Assembly: GCA_036172245.1 (NCBI GenBank)
Contig: JAYWIR010000143.1
Location: forward strand, 1-64,000
Reading direction: 5' to 3'
Source: Raillietiella orientalis
Taxonomy: Eukaryota
Length of the DNA: 64,000 bases
The notes beneath the pieces were generated by a model. It was given only the letters and a program-made list of their open reading frames with translations. It was not told the origin of the DNA and ran no database searches. Position 1 is the stretch's first letter, and the number at the start of each line of letters is the position of its first letter. Below are positions 11,894-24,300 of the stretch, piece after piece. The position numbers were made by a program, and so were the translations under genes.

Positions 11894-14800
11894 TGCGTGG
11901 ACTCGCGTCCGCTCGTCGAGTCAGCGTGGCCTGTTGGAATGTCAACGGGCTACGTGATGCTGACAAAAGTCGGATGGTTGCCAACGCTTTGCGCGCGTTC
12001 GATCTGGTGCTGCTGCAGGAGATACATAGCATCTCCAAACTGCAGGCATCGGATCTGGAAGAGTGCGCGGGCGGGACGCTACACTGGCGGCAAGGCTCCG
12101 CCCACACGTGTGGAGTCGCGTTCCTCGTCCGAGGCAGGGTGGCGGAGACGGTGCGGAACGTTTGTTTCGACGAGGAAGGTCGTGTGGGCCAACTTGTCCT
12201 CAAGTGGTCCGAATCGATCGACCTGTTCGTTACGAACATCTACGCGCAGAGCGGCGACCGGCATTACGCCCTGCGACTTGCATTCCTGGGTGGCCTGCGC
12301 AGCCGCTGGCTCGCTGACTCCGGCCCTAACGTGGCGCACCTCCTTGCAGGAGACTTCAACGTCCACCTGCTAACTGAGGAGAAATGCCGCTTGAGGGAGA
12401 AGCAACTGGTGAGCGAGGTATGCGCGTCCGTGCGCGTGCAAAACTTGCTTGCTGGTGAGCCCGGGATGGAGAGATCGCCGGACCATGCGTTCCTCGATGA
12501 ACACCTGCTCTCACGAGTAGGTCGGAGAGGGCGCCTGCTGTCCGCGATTTCGAATCATCCGAGACTGGAGTTCGAGCTCCTCCCGCCTGGCAAAGGGCCT
12601 CCGATGAATGTCTGGAGGTTGCCGGCCGACTGGCTTAGCAATTCGGAGGCGGCGGAGCATCTTCGCCAACACATCCGGGGCTTCGCCATCCTGAACTCGA
12701 GGACTGGGACGATCTGAAAAGATCGGTCCGCGAGTTCTGCTGCCGGTTCCCCTTGCACCTGCTTCCCCGCGGCTTCGGGGAGGGTGTCGCGAACAGCAGA
12801 TCCTATCTGCAGGCGCGTACCTTCTCCCGATGCCCGGACGTCCGGCGTCTGGCGGAGTACAAGGCCAGGGCCGAGCGCCAGGTTTGGCAGTCTGGAGCGG
12901 CTTGTCTGCTCGATGACGCTGGCCAGGAATGCTCGGCTGCAGCCGAAGTACACCGCGTAGTCAAGCGCTACTACTCCTCGTTGTTCTCGGAGGAGCCCAC
13001 AGAACGCAGTCTCTCCGAGCTGCTTCTCCCGACGGGTAACCCTGCTATCGACGAGGAGGAACGCGCCAGATTGGATTGGCCCTTCACGGCTGAAGAAGTA
13101 TCTTCTGCCATAGCGGGCCTGAAGAGGCGTAAGGCGCCTGGGGAGGATGGCCTGCCCGCGGAGTTCTTTCAGTGCTTCGCGGCGGAGCTCGTCCCCCTCT
13201 TGCTAAGCCTTTCCTCGCTGATGCGTGAGACGGGAGATGTTCCCGCTTCTTTCCGCTCAGCAAAGGTGCGGCTCCTGCCGAAAGGCGGTGATTTGCGCCA
13301 CCTCAGCAACTGGCGTCCGATCACATCGGTGAATTCGGACGTCAAGTTGTTCTCCAGGCTATGGGTCGCGCGCCTGGGGAGAATCGCGAAGTCCTTGGTA
13401 AGTCCGGAGCAGACGTATGCTGTTCCGGGGCGGTCCATGGACGCGAATCTCTTCTTCGCGCGAACATGGCTCAAGTTGTAGCAGCGCGTGGCGCAGCAGA
13501 GCCAGGCAGCCGAAATCGCCGCTGCCAAAGGAAAGCGGCGGTGTTCAAGGCACGATGGAACGCCGGGAGCCTTAGCGGTAACCGTCGATCTCTGCAAAGC
13601 GTTCGACAGCGTAAACCAGGACCTCCTTCTGGAGCTTCTGGGACGCCTAGGCCTCCCGACGCACCTCATCGCCTACTTGCGCTCCTGCTGGTGTCACGCG
13701 TTATGCTGTATCTCTTTCAGCGGGCGTCACGTGTACGATGTTCCCATACGCCGGGGTATCAGGCAGGGAGACAGCTTAAGCCCCCTGCTCTTCAGCATCT
13801 TTTTTGAGTTGGTGCTAAGGGCGTACAGGCTTACGCTGGCCGACCTGCCGAGCTCCTGCCCGGGAACACCAGCCGTGGCCGCCTCTGCTGACGACCTTCT
13901 CCTGCTGCTGCCCATGTCCACCCCGGCGTCCAGGCTCGAGGACTTCTTCGAGCTCATTCGTCGGGGAGCGGGCCTGAGCGTGAACAGGACGAAATCAACC
14001 GTTGTACCGGTTGGCTCTACGTGGGAGAAGCAGTCCGACTGGATCCGCCTGGGGATCCCCACGGGCAGGTGCTTGAAGTACCTCGGCGTTCCCTTGGGCG
14101 CCTTCTGTCCAGCAGAAGCGTGGTCGGACTGCCTTCACAAGGCCGAGACTGCTCTGGGCCCGTTCGAAGGCGGCAGGTATCTCCTGTCGGAACAAGCCTT
14201 CGTGTGCAACATTTTCGTTGTCCCCCTCCTCCGTCCCCTCTTTTTTGTTTGTCCCCCTCCCTACTGGGCTAAGCGCCGGGCGCAACGCCTGTTGCGTAAC
14301 GCCCTGTGGGGACCGGCGAGGTCCAGGATACGCCTGAAGGACTTGGCGGCTCCTCGGCGGGATGCAGGATTGGGCATCCTGACGCTGGAGAGGATCGGAC
14401 TGCTAGTGCAGTTCCGCATGCTGGCACTTTGTGCGCAGCTCTGGACTACTTCCTGGTGTGCTCCATCGCGGCTGCTGCTACGGCGCTGAACGGGTGGCGA
14501 CGGACTACGTTCGTTGCATCTGCGCACGGAGCGCGTCCAGAAAGGATTCGGCTGCCCCCTGAAGCAGCTCGCCACGCTTCTGGGAAAGTATGAGTGGATC
14601 TCTTGCCGGCCGACGAACTTCAACGCCTGGAGGCAGGAAGCCTTATCGTCCTGGGCAGCGCAACAGGATGTGTCCCGTTTGGAACTCCGTTGCGTGAAAC
14701 TTTCCCCATACTGTCCAGTGGGGGAGGTGCTGGAAGACCAGGACCAGTGGACACGCCTAGCCGCTACGCCACTCGCCGAAGCACTGTGTGCACTGATGGT

Positions 14801-15455
14801 GCGAGATGACAGTGACCTGCCGGCGAGGTGGGAGATCACCTGCGAAATTGCAGGCGAAACCCGACTTCTGGGCGGATGGCGGACTTGCGAAGTGGCAGAC
14901 GCTACCACACCTCGCATTCTTGCAAAGGGGCTTCTCCGTTGAAGTGAGCTCCTCGGGGTGCCCACCGATGAACTTGTGGTCCTTTCTGCGTGTTTGGACA
15001 CGACTCTCTTCCCCCTTCGGTGGAAGCAGGACGCTTTTCTGCTGGTGCACTGGGGTTTGTACTGCAACCAGCGGGCGCACCTGATTTCCGGGGGAGTAGC
15101 GTCCCCGAACTGTGCCAAATGCGGAGCGGTGGAATCGCTTCCGCATTTGCTGTTTTGGTGCGGTGCCCTCCAGGAGCTGTGGCAGCGGCTGTCTTCAGCG
15201 CTCCTGCACCCTGGACACACCGCACTGGATTGGATGAGCCGCTTCTACACGCGTGTCGGACTTTCTCTTGGAGCGGTCGTCGCAATCATCTGCTGCGTCC
15301 GCGCCATTGTCAGGGCCCGCCACGTATTGCAGATGCGAGCAGTCCCAACATCGGTCCCCGAGACCGCAGCATGCAACCTGGAAATGGCTGCCGGGTGGCC
15401 ACATCTTGGAGCAGAAGTGAGGACGGAGATCGGCGGCATTCACCGCCGGTTCTGA
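11893..15455 (+). pseudogene. C2 ORF2 (APE-RT-Cys/His finger), disrupted
   Basis: ORFs 11878..12717, 12753..13481, 13488..14489, 14514..14942 and 14958..15455. Confidence 0.92.
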
Positions 15456-15661
15456 GAATAGGAACGGGTAGACAGTATACCCTTGTCCCCGCCCTCCCAC
15501 TCAGTTTATTTATTTATTGTCCCAGCCCCTCCCGTTCCGAACTCTCAGTGTGCCCGGACTGCGTTTAGGGAAATCTACTCCCCATTTTCTGTTCCCCTTG
15601 CCTGGGAACACAGTTCCCAGTTGATATTATACTAAACGTCCCGGCGCAACCGGGTAATAAA

Positions 15662-18600
15662 ACGGACGCCAACGCCGGCTCGCTCCCCTTTCTGTTGAAA
15701 GAGTCATCAGAGGGAGAAGTAGCGGCGAGTTCTTTTTCGCAGCGGTCGGGAATACGCTCGACGACAACGGCCGCACGGACGTGTTCTGCGTTGCTCCTCG
15801 AGCGTGATTCCTTTCCGTCTTGTTGTGTGTGGTGTGCCCGAGTGCGTCCACTGGGATGTCCACGAAGCCACTGCAGCAAAAGATGGATGTGGAGGCTGCT
15901 ACTGGCAGTGGAGACTCTACTCCAGATGTCCGCTCCGCCTCTGATTCTGTCTCGCCACCGGCGAGAAGCTTCGCCGCCGTCGTCAAGGCGGCGGCAGCCA
16001 ACGGAGCACCGGCCGAATAAGCGGAGCTGCAGGCATATGCAGCCCATGGCTACATGCTTGCGCTTTGCTATCCGGTGAGTGCTGCGATCTCCGACGGGGT
16101 CGGAGAAAATCTATGGGATGAGCTTTTGCGTGTCGGGTTCCGACAGGACGACCTCCTGGCCGTCATGCCGGTTAACGCGCACGGACACTGGGAGGTGCCC
16201 TGCAAAGAGGCATCCCTAGTCCAGCGCCTTCTCCGAACCACGCTGTATATCCGCGGGAAGGAGGTCGTCCTGTCGGCCATGAACCAGTCGTTCGTGGCCC
16301 GATTGTGCGCCGTCCAGGTGGATATGCCCGATCGCGTGCTCGTCGCTGCACTTAGTGCATTCGCCACGGTGCACGTGCTGTGAAGAGCAGACAATCCGAT
16401 CAAAAGGATTGCATCTCTCCACAGCGGAATTGCCATGGCGCGTGTCACCATGGCGGATAGGAGGCAAATGCCTCCTCACTTGCAGGTGGGCGATGCGATC
16501 GTCCACTTTAAATTGGCCGGTCAGAGACCTGCTTGCGGCATTTGCGGTGCAGAGATCCACCGTCCGTGGACGTGCCCTTCACGCAACTGCCGCTGTTGTA
16601 AACTCCATTGCTCGGTTAACTTATCAAAAAGTGCGCCCAGCAGAAGAGAAAGCCGCAGGCGAAAAGCCGCCAACAATCTCCCCGTCCGCGCCGAAAACAT
16701 CCCCCGTTGTGCCAGAAGAGAAATCGGGCGCGATGGGCGGGGCATCTTCGAGAGGCGATCCCGAGAAAAAGGGCGTGGTTGCTTCAGGGAAGCTACCATC
16801 CCAGACAGCCGCGCAGACGGGAAAGATGCCACCTGGCCCTGGGGGCAAATCGCTCCCTTCGAAGCAGCCTAAGAGTGCGCGCACGCACTCAATTAAGGCT
16901 GCTGAACCGTCCGCGTCCGCTTGCGCGTATAACGGTGCACACGGGAAACCGTGCGCGGGTACCCTTGGAACTGCCTCTGAACGGCAGTCTCCTCCTAAGG
17001 CGGTGGAGATCACGTCTTCCACGCTGAAGGCACGAGCAGCGAAGGCTCCAATAGCGCCTCGTGGGACGACGGCAATGACCGCCGTTTCGCCCGCATCGCC
17101 TTAGGAGTAGGTACAATGCGTAACAGGGACGGAGCCGTCTCCCGCCGCGAGCGAGAAACGTGAGCCGGCATCTCAGGCCAAGCAATTGAGGGAGGCGTCG
17201 GCCTCCAAGGATGGCGTCCTCGACGCGGGCTGGAATAGCGTCTCCAGGACGCTTACAAAGGAGAAGAAGAAGGTTGACCCTTCGATATTCTCCATTCTTC
17301 AGGTGGGTGGGAGGCAAAAGAGGAGCACGCCGAAGAAGGTGCGTACGCAGGTACGCACTACGTCTGCGTGCTGTGTCTCCGTCGCTTCGCGCGAGAGGGC
17401 GGCTGCGGAAGCCAAAGCTCCGGAAGCTGCGTTGGCGACTGCGACGACCCCCTTGCGGGCAGGGCAAGCCTCCACCTGCCGAAACAAAAAGAGACCAGCA
17501 AAACACCAGTCTCGCGCCAGGCACCCGGATTCCGAGGTGGAGTCCAAGTGCAAACAAATGGAGCGCGCATCCCGGGGTAAGCCGGTAGCGCGTCGGCCTA
17601 AAGTGCGAAGGCACGAGCCTGTTGCCGGAGGCGGTTGCGGCTCCTGCATGGAGACCGAGGCGATGATCCTCGGCTCCCAGGACTCAGCTGGGCGCGATGT
17701 GGTGGCGAACGGGAGCGATTCCGCTTCCCAATCCACCTTCATACCAGCTGACTTCTCGCCGGACGGGGCGAGGAGCACGCCGTCATGTCCGGAGCAGTGA
17801 TGCGAAGACTCGCGTCCGCTCGTCGTGTCAGCGTGGCCTGTTGGAATGTCAACGGGCTACGTGATGCTGACAAAAGGCGGACGGTAGCCAACGCTTTGCT
17901 CGCGTTCGATCTGGTGCTGCTGCAGGAGATACATAGCATCTCCGAACGGCAGGCATCGGATCTGGAAGAGCGCGCGGGCGGGACGGTACACAGGCGGCAA
18001 CGCTCCGCGCACACGTGCGGAGTCGCGTTCCTCGTCCGATGCAAGGTGGCGGAGGCGGTGCGGAACGTTTGTTTCGACGAGGAAGGTCGTGTTGGCCAAC
18101 TTGTCCTCAAGTGTTCCGAATCGATCGACCTGGTCGTTACGAACATCTACGCGCGGCGCGGCGGCCGGCATTACGCCCAGCGACTTGCATTCCTGTGTGG
18201 CCTGCGCAGCCGCTCGCTCGCTGACTCTGGCCCTAACGTGGCGCACCTCCTTGCAGGAGACTTCAACGTCCACCTGCTAACAGAGGAGAGATTTCACTTG
18301 AGTGAGAAGCAACTGGTGAGCGAGGTATGCGCATCCGTGCGCGTGCAAATCTTGCTTGCTAATGAGCCCGGGATGGAGAGATCGCCGGACCATGCGTTCC
18401 TCGATGAACTCCTGCTCTCACGAGTAGGTCGTAGAGGGCGCCTGCTGTCCTCGATTTCAAATCATCCGTGACTGGAGTTCGAGCTCCTCCCGCCTGGCAA
18501 AGGGCCTCCGATGAATGTCTGGAGGTTGCCGGCCGACTGGCTTAGCAATTCGGAGGCGGCGGGGCATCTTCACCAACACCGCCGGGGCTTCGCCATCCGT

Positions 18601-18856
18601 AAACTCGAGGAATGAGACGATCTCGAAAGATCGGTCCGCGAGTTCTGCTGCCGGTTCCCCTTGCACCTGCTTCTTTGCGGCTTCGGAGAGGGTGTCGGTA
18701 ACAGCAGATCCTATCTGCAGGCGCGTACCTTCTCCCGATGCCCCGACGTTCGGCGTCTGGCGGAGTACAAGGCCAGGGCCGAGCGCCAGGTTTGCAGTCT
18801 GGAGCGGATTGCCTGCTCGATGACGCTGGCCAGGAATGCTCGGTTGCAGCCGAAGT
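15662..18856 (+). mobile_element. LINE C3 segment 1 (5' UTR, ORF1, APE), interrupted by F+G
   Basis: Homology to C1; TGATG at 17798-17802; breaks after gccgaagt. Confidence 0.9.
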
Positions 18857-19871
18857 TTGTCACCCAGATATGCCGGTGCATAGCTCCTGTACCGAGTATC
18901 TTTCCTGCTGCGCGACTTTTGTCGGAGCCGACGGCTGATCCCCTTTTGTGGGGTTTATCACTATTTTTGCCTTCCCTTCCTTCTTTTGCGGAAGTTCCGG
19001 CGTTGGAGCGACGTTCATCGGGCACACCACTTTGGTGTGGCCCTTCGCGCCGCACGTTGGGCAAACTGCGTCCGGGCACTGCTTTTTCAAATTCCCGAAC
19101 GACTTACAGTTTCCACAAAATTCAGGTTTCCCCACAAACCAAATGTCGACGAACTCGTCGCCAATTTGGAGCTTGTGGGGAAGCTGTACGCTTTCTCGAA
19201 GCGTCACGTGCGCGCCTACTCGCCCACTAAATGCATTGTTCACTCCGAAGGTGTTGGGCTTTCTCCACATCGCGAAAACGCTTGCGAAATTTTCCAGTTC
19301 AGCGCGGATGGCGTTCTCATCCATCCGCACTGTTGTCCCTGTTAGGTGGACCACAATGGAGTGGTCCACCGTGTGTGGGAGTTAATTCCTGCCCTCAAAT
19401 TGTACGGGCGTGCAGAGCATCTTGTGGGTAAGAGCTGCATCCTTGCAGATGAGCTCCGCCAACTGCCCTCCGCTCCGTATAGAGAGGCAAAGAATTTCCT
19501 GGTCGGCAATGCTTATTTTTTGATGGCATTGCCGAACTTTCGCGCCCTTAACGGGGAATATAAATTGCCTACCTTGTACAGGAGGGCCGGATTGTAGCCC
19601 TCCTGGATGTAGGATTGGATTTCGGCGGCGACATCGGGCGTTTCTGCCGCTGCCACCACGCTCCGGGCCCTCGCCGTAGTGGCGGGTTCAGAAGAAGTGG
19701 TGAAGCGTGATCCCCCCTCCTATGGCTCGGGAGACGCGGTCTTCCCGCCTCATTCACCTCAAACTGCGGCGTTCACAGGCATTTCTGCCTGTCAACGGCC
19801 GCGAAACACACACGAAACACCAGAAAAGAAAAACTCCCTATCCACGGAGCGCACAACAATTGCGTCCGCCG
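18857..19871 (-). mobile_element. ORF1-only LINE derivative F (5' UTR + ORF1 5' part + terminal hairpin)
   Basis: CGNCKSFGNLKKQC and CPTCGAKGHTKVVC knuckles; ATG at 19782; ends directly in ccggcatatctgggtgacaa. Confidence 0.8.
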
Positions 19872-21050
19872 TTTGCCACCCGGATATGCCGGGGCATTTA
19901 TTATTCTAATTTTTTACAAAAATCAGAAAATAAAGTCTTTCAAAAGTTAATTGTGGGAAACACTTGCTTTTCCCACCTTGGTTGAGGTGTCTGTTGCCGG
20001 TGCATAGACCAATTAGGTCCATTCCCGAGGAGCATGGGGAGAAAAAACTTGAACAAAAATAAACAAAAAGAGAGATAACGGGGAGGGAAACAGTTGTATG
20101 GGGAGAGAAGGGGGCAGGGAAGGGATCACTGGGCGCCTGGGTCGGTCCTCCGCATCCTGTTCAGGATGCAGTCAAGTTCTGTTTTAACTCTGAAAGGTAG
20201 ACGCCACCTTGTCGCCGTCTCTAAAGAGATCGTCGTCCAGTGGATGGCGTCCCTGCATCTTGGGCCTCTTCTTCTGGCGTGCCACCTTTGCACAATGCCG
20301 CGTACGCAGCAGAGGACTGCTAGAGACGCAGCGGGGCGCAGGCCGTCACGCAGAAAGAGGAGACGGTAAATTTCTCCAGGGTCGCCTACTGGAAGATGTA
20401 GGATTGGGGCGATTGGACTCCAGAGTCCATCCAGGGCGACACACTCGAGGGTGAGATGCGGGAAGGTTTCTCTTTCTCCGCACTCGACACAGCGGGCATC
20501 CACATTTACCAGTGTCCAGTGAGACAGGCGTGCTCTGCTTAACAGTCCCCAGTGCAGGAATAGCAACGCCGTCTTCTGCCACTTCAACGGAAGTGTGCCG
20601 CAATACCAACACGCTGGGAGCCACTTCACCTCCTCCGGAGGTATTGCAAGCAGCTTTCCCCAGCGCGCAAGTCCGTGAGGCGGGACGCTCGGGGTGGCAG
20701 CGTCCGTGAGCTCTTGAGTCGTCCACGCCTTCAAAGGTTTTTTCCTGCCTCGGATAAGGCAGGACTCTCCCGACGATTCCAGCTCGTTGCTGCTCCTACG
20801 GTTTTTCAGGGAGGACAGATCGGGGGCAAGGGGACTGAAAAAAGTCCACAGAAATTTCCGGGGCGTGTTGATAATATCCTGCAGCGGCTGTCGAGCGTAC
20901 GGTCCTCGTCGTAGGCAGTTGTATTCCGCCTCGCTCTTGCCGTTGATCTTAGCCCACGCGGAAGCTGACTCCTGAAGCCAGGCAGTGCAGTTCGCGGAAA
21001 GGCAGGAGATCCAATTATTCTCCCTCATCAGGGCGAATTTTTCTTCCGTT
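19872..21050 (-). mobile_element. 5'-truncated LINE G (ORF2 C-terminus + 3' UTR)
   Basis: ORF 20126..21028 with CVECGERETFPHLTLEC; terminal aataaatgccccggcatatccgggtggcaaa. Confidence 0.88.
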
Positions 21051-21064
21051 CGCCGCCTCCGAAG

Positions 21065-21326
21065 GCGCTACTACTCCTCTTAGTACTCGGAGGAGCCCAC
21101 GCAACGCAGTCTCTCCGAGCCGCTTCTTCCGACGGGCAACCCTGCTATGGACGAAGAGGAACACGCCAGATTGGATTTGGCCTTCACGGCGGAAGAAGTA
21201 TTTCCCGCCATAGCGGGCCTGAAGAGGCGTAGGGCGGCTGGGGAGGATGGCCTGCCCGCGAAGTTATTTCAGTGCTTCGCGGCGGAGCTCGTTCCCCTAG
21301 TGCTAAGCCTTTTCTCGCTGATGCGT
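21065..21326 (+). mobile_element. LINE C3 segment 2 (ORF2 linker)
   Basis: Resumes ~15 nt downstream of the break at 18856 (RYYSS..EEPT); ends at TSD tcgctgatgcgt. Confidence 0.85.
21315..21326. repeat. 12-bp TSD of element D (second copy 32849-32860)
   Basis: tcgctgatgcgt is exact on both sides and present once in C1/C2 at the homologous site. Confidence 0.9.
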
Positions 21327-24300
21327 TTTGAACCCGGTTGCGCCGGGACGTTTATTTGTAAAAACGAACCACAATCTTCAAGGCAAATTCATCCTTTCGA
21401 GACACAAGAAACGCCCATACAGAAAGTTCAGCCCGGAAGGATCACCGGCACGCAGGTTGCCTTCCAAAATAAAGGAACGGAGATAGAGGTCTGCAGAATA
21501 AACAATACATAAGGGAACAAACAAAAAAAACAGTGGAAGGTAAGGTCAGGGATCTTTGTTATTAAACGTTCCTAATCTTTCTAGAAGCGCTGTTTGAAAA
21601 TGGCGACTTCCTTGGAGACTTTTCTGGGCAGATGAGGCCACCTGACAGCTGTTTCCATAAGGTTCGCAGCGATTCTGGCGGCGTCCGCTCGCTGCGAGCT
21701 TCCTTCTAGTTTACGGCGGGCGATCACGATGGCGCGGATGCAAGAGTTTGTTGCGATAACAGCGCCTTTATCCAGTCCGTCTTTGCTGAAGAAGCGTCGA
21801 AGCAGGTCTGTGGCAGTGTCCTGAGGACGACGAAATGCCGAAGCAAGTCCCCGCTATAACTCCCGCAAGTCACTACACTCAAGGAGCAAGTGCGTAAGCG
21901 ATTCTATCGCCCCGCACCTGAGGCAGTTCGGGGAGACGTGTCCCCCTGTAACCAAGTTTCTGCGCTTATTGCACTGAAATCCCCAGTGCAGAAAAAGAAG
22001 AACATCCTGTTTCCATCGAAGCGGGAACACGGAGCTGTCCACACACAAGGAAGGGACCACGACATCTTCGGGGAGTAATCCAAGAACCTCACTCCAGCGA
22101 AGAAGTCCCTTTGCCAGGTAACAAGGAGTGGCAGCGTCTACCAACACGCTCTTTCTGTAGCCGCTCAGCAGTCTTCTCACTCCTGCAATGCTGCAGAAGA
22201 ACTCCCACCTTGCCGGTTGGCTACTGTCGTTGTTTGCCCTGAGAGCAGACAGCGCTGCGGCGATGGGTGAGACAACTATCCGGGACCAAATCGACCAGTC
22301 CTGTAGGATCACTCCTAGCGCTTTGCGTAAGAGGACTTGTAAGGGTCGCACCTGCTGTGGGCGCACATCCAAAGTGGACGTCCAGTGCTCCAGAGCTTCC
22401 TGCTGCCAAGCATTCCAATTGGAGGGGCGGCAGGAAATCCAGGAATGGGCTAACAGCAACGAGGACAAGTGCCTCAGTGGGTAGCCAAATCCAGTTCTCC
22501 GCCGAAGTTTGCGCGGCAGCAACGAAAGCAATCCTGCACTGCCGACACATCGCTGGAGAATATGGCGAGCCGGAGCACACCAGTGACTAGACCACAATTT
22601 CCCACATAGGGATATAAGCCGGAACTGCACTTGCAGTGCAAACTTCTGGATGGTCAGGATGCCCAGGCCTGCGTCCTGGCATGGCGCCACCAAATCTTTG
22701 AGGAGAACCCTGGATCGCGCAGCGCCCCACAAGACCTTACGTAGGAGACGCTGCGGCCGGAGTTTAACCACATAGGGAGGTGGGCAAACAAAAAATAAGA
22801 AGCGGAGGCGAGGGGCAAGAAAAGTGTTCCATATGCACGCCCTTTCCGGCAAGACGAACTTGCCTTCCAGGAGCGGGCCTAGAGCCATCTCTGCCTTTTG
22901 AAGACAGGCCGACCACGATTCAGACGAGTAGAAGTCGCCCAACGGTACGCCTAGGTACTTGAAGTACCTGACCGTGGGGATCCCCAGGCGGATCCAGTCG
23001 GCCTGTCCCTCCCACAACACACCCACCGGCACGACGGAGCACTTCGCCCTGTTAACGCTCATGCCCGCTTCACGACGGATCAGCTCGAAGAAGTCTTGGA
23101 CCGAGTCCGACGGAGTAGACATGGGCAACAGAAGCAGAAGGTTGTCGGCGTATGCTGCCGCGGACGGAGTGCACGGAGAGGCGCTGGGCAGGACGGCCAG
23201 CGTCAGCCTGTACGCTTTTAGCACCAACTCAAAGTAGATGCTGGAGAGCAACGGGCTTAAGCTATCGCCCTGTCTGATGCCTCTGCGCACGGCCACTCCG
23301 TAAACACGGGAGCCACTGAAATACAAGTTGATAATCGCGTGCCGCCAGCAGAAGCGCATGTACAGGAGAAGATGATTCGGAAGCCCAAGACGCTCCAGGA
23401 GCTCCAAGAGGAGTTCCTGGTTTACGCAGTCGAATGATTTCTGCAAATCTACTGCTAGTGCCAAGGCTCCCGGCCTTTCTTCCGTCCGTCCGCATCGGCG
23501 CACGCAGTCGGCAGAAGGTCTTGCCGCTGTTCGGCTTTCCGCCGCAACGCGCTCTTGAAGCCTCCACCAGGTACGCGCGAAAAGAAGGTTCGCATCCATG
23601 GATCTTCCCGGTACAGCGTAAGACTGCTCCGGGCTTACCACGGACTCCGCGACTTTCCCTAAGCGCGTGATCCACAGCTTCGAAAACAACTTGACGTCCG
23701 TATTCACTAATGTGATCGGACGCCAGTTGTTAAGTTGACGCAGATCCCTTCCTTTCGTAAGGAGACGCACGCTTGCTGAGCACAAGGAAGAAGGGACATC
23801 GTCCGTCACCCTCATCAGCGTCGAGATTCTAAGAACCAGTTGGGCGAGTTCCGTCGCAAAGCTCTGATAGAACTCCGCGAACAGTCCGTCCTCACCTGGC
23901 GTCTTCCGTCTCTTGAGTCCTGCGATAGCGGAAGAAACTTCCTTCAACGTGAAGGGCTCGTCGAGACGATCGCGTTCCTCCTCGCCGATGCCATGTGCAG
24001 CCCGCGGCAAGAGTAGTTCGGAGAGGACTCTTTTCGTCGGGGAATTAGCGTCGAGCAAGGAGGAGTGACGCTTTAGTGCTCGCCGCACTTCGGCAGGAGC
24101 CGTGCATTCCCTGCCTTGGTCGTCGAGCAAAATAGCCGCTCCAGACAGCCAGACCTAGCGCTGTGCCCTTGCCTTGTACTCTACGAGTTGCCGTACTTCC
24201 GCACGTCTCGAGAAGGTGCGCGCCTGCAGAAATGCTCTGCTATTGGCCACGGCTTCCCCGAAGCCGCGTGGTGGCAGGTGCAGGGGGAAACGGTCGCAAA

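Larger units (their letters stand above)
9856..15661 (+). mobile_element. Near full-length LINE C2, head-to-tail with C1 and C3
   Basis: Colinear with C1 at an offset of ~5806 bp; same terminal hairpin at 15640-15654. Confidence 0.95.

Noticed and set aside
1183..15220. Long alternative-frame or antisense ORFs (1183..2679, 8455..9312, 10690..11580, 14261..15220)
   Set aside because: Shadows of GC-rich LINE coding sequence; not preserved between copies; some cross element junctions
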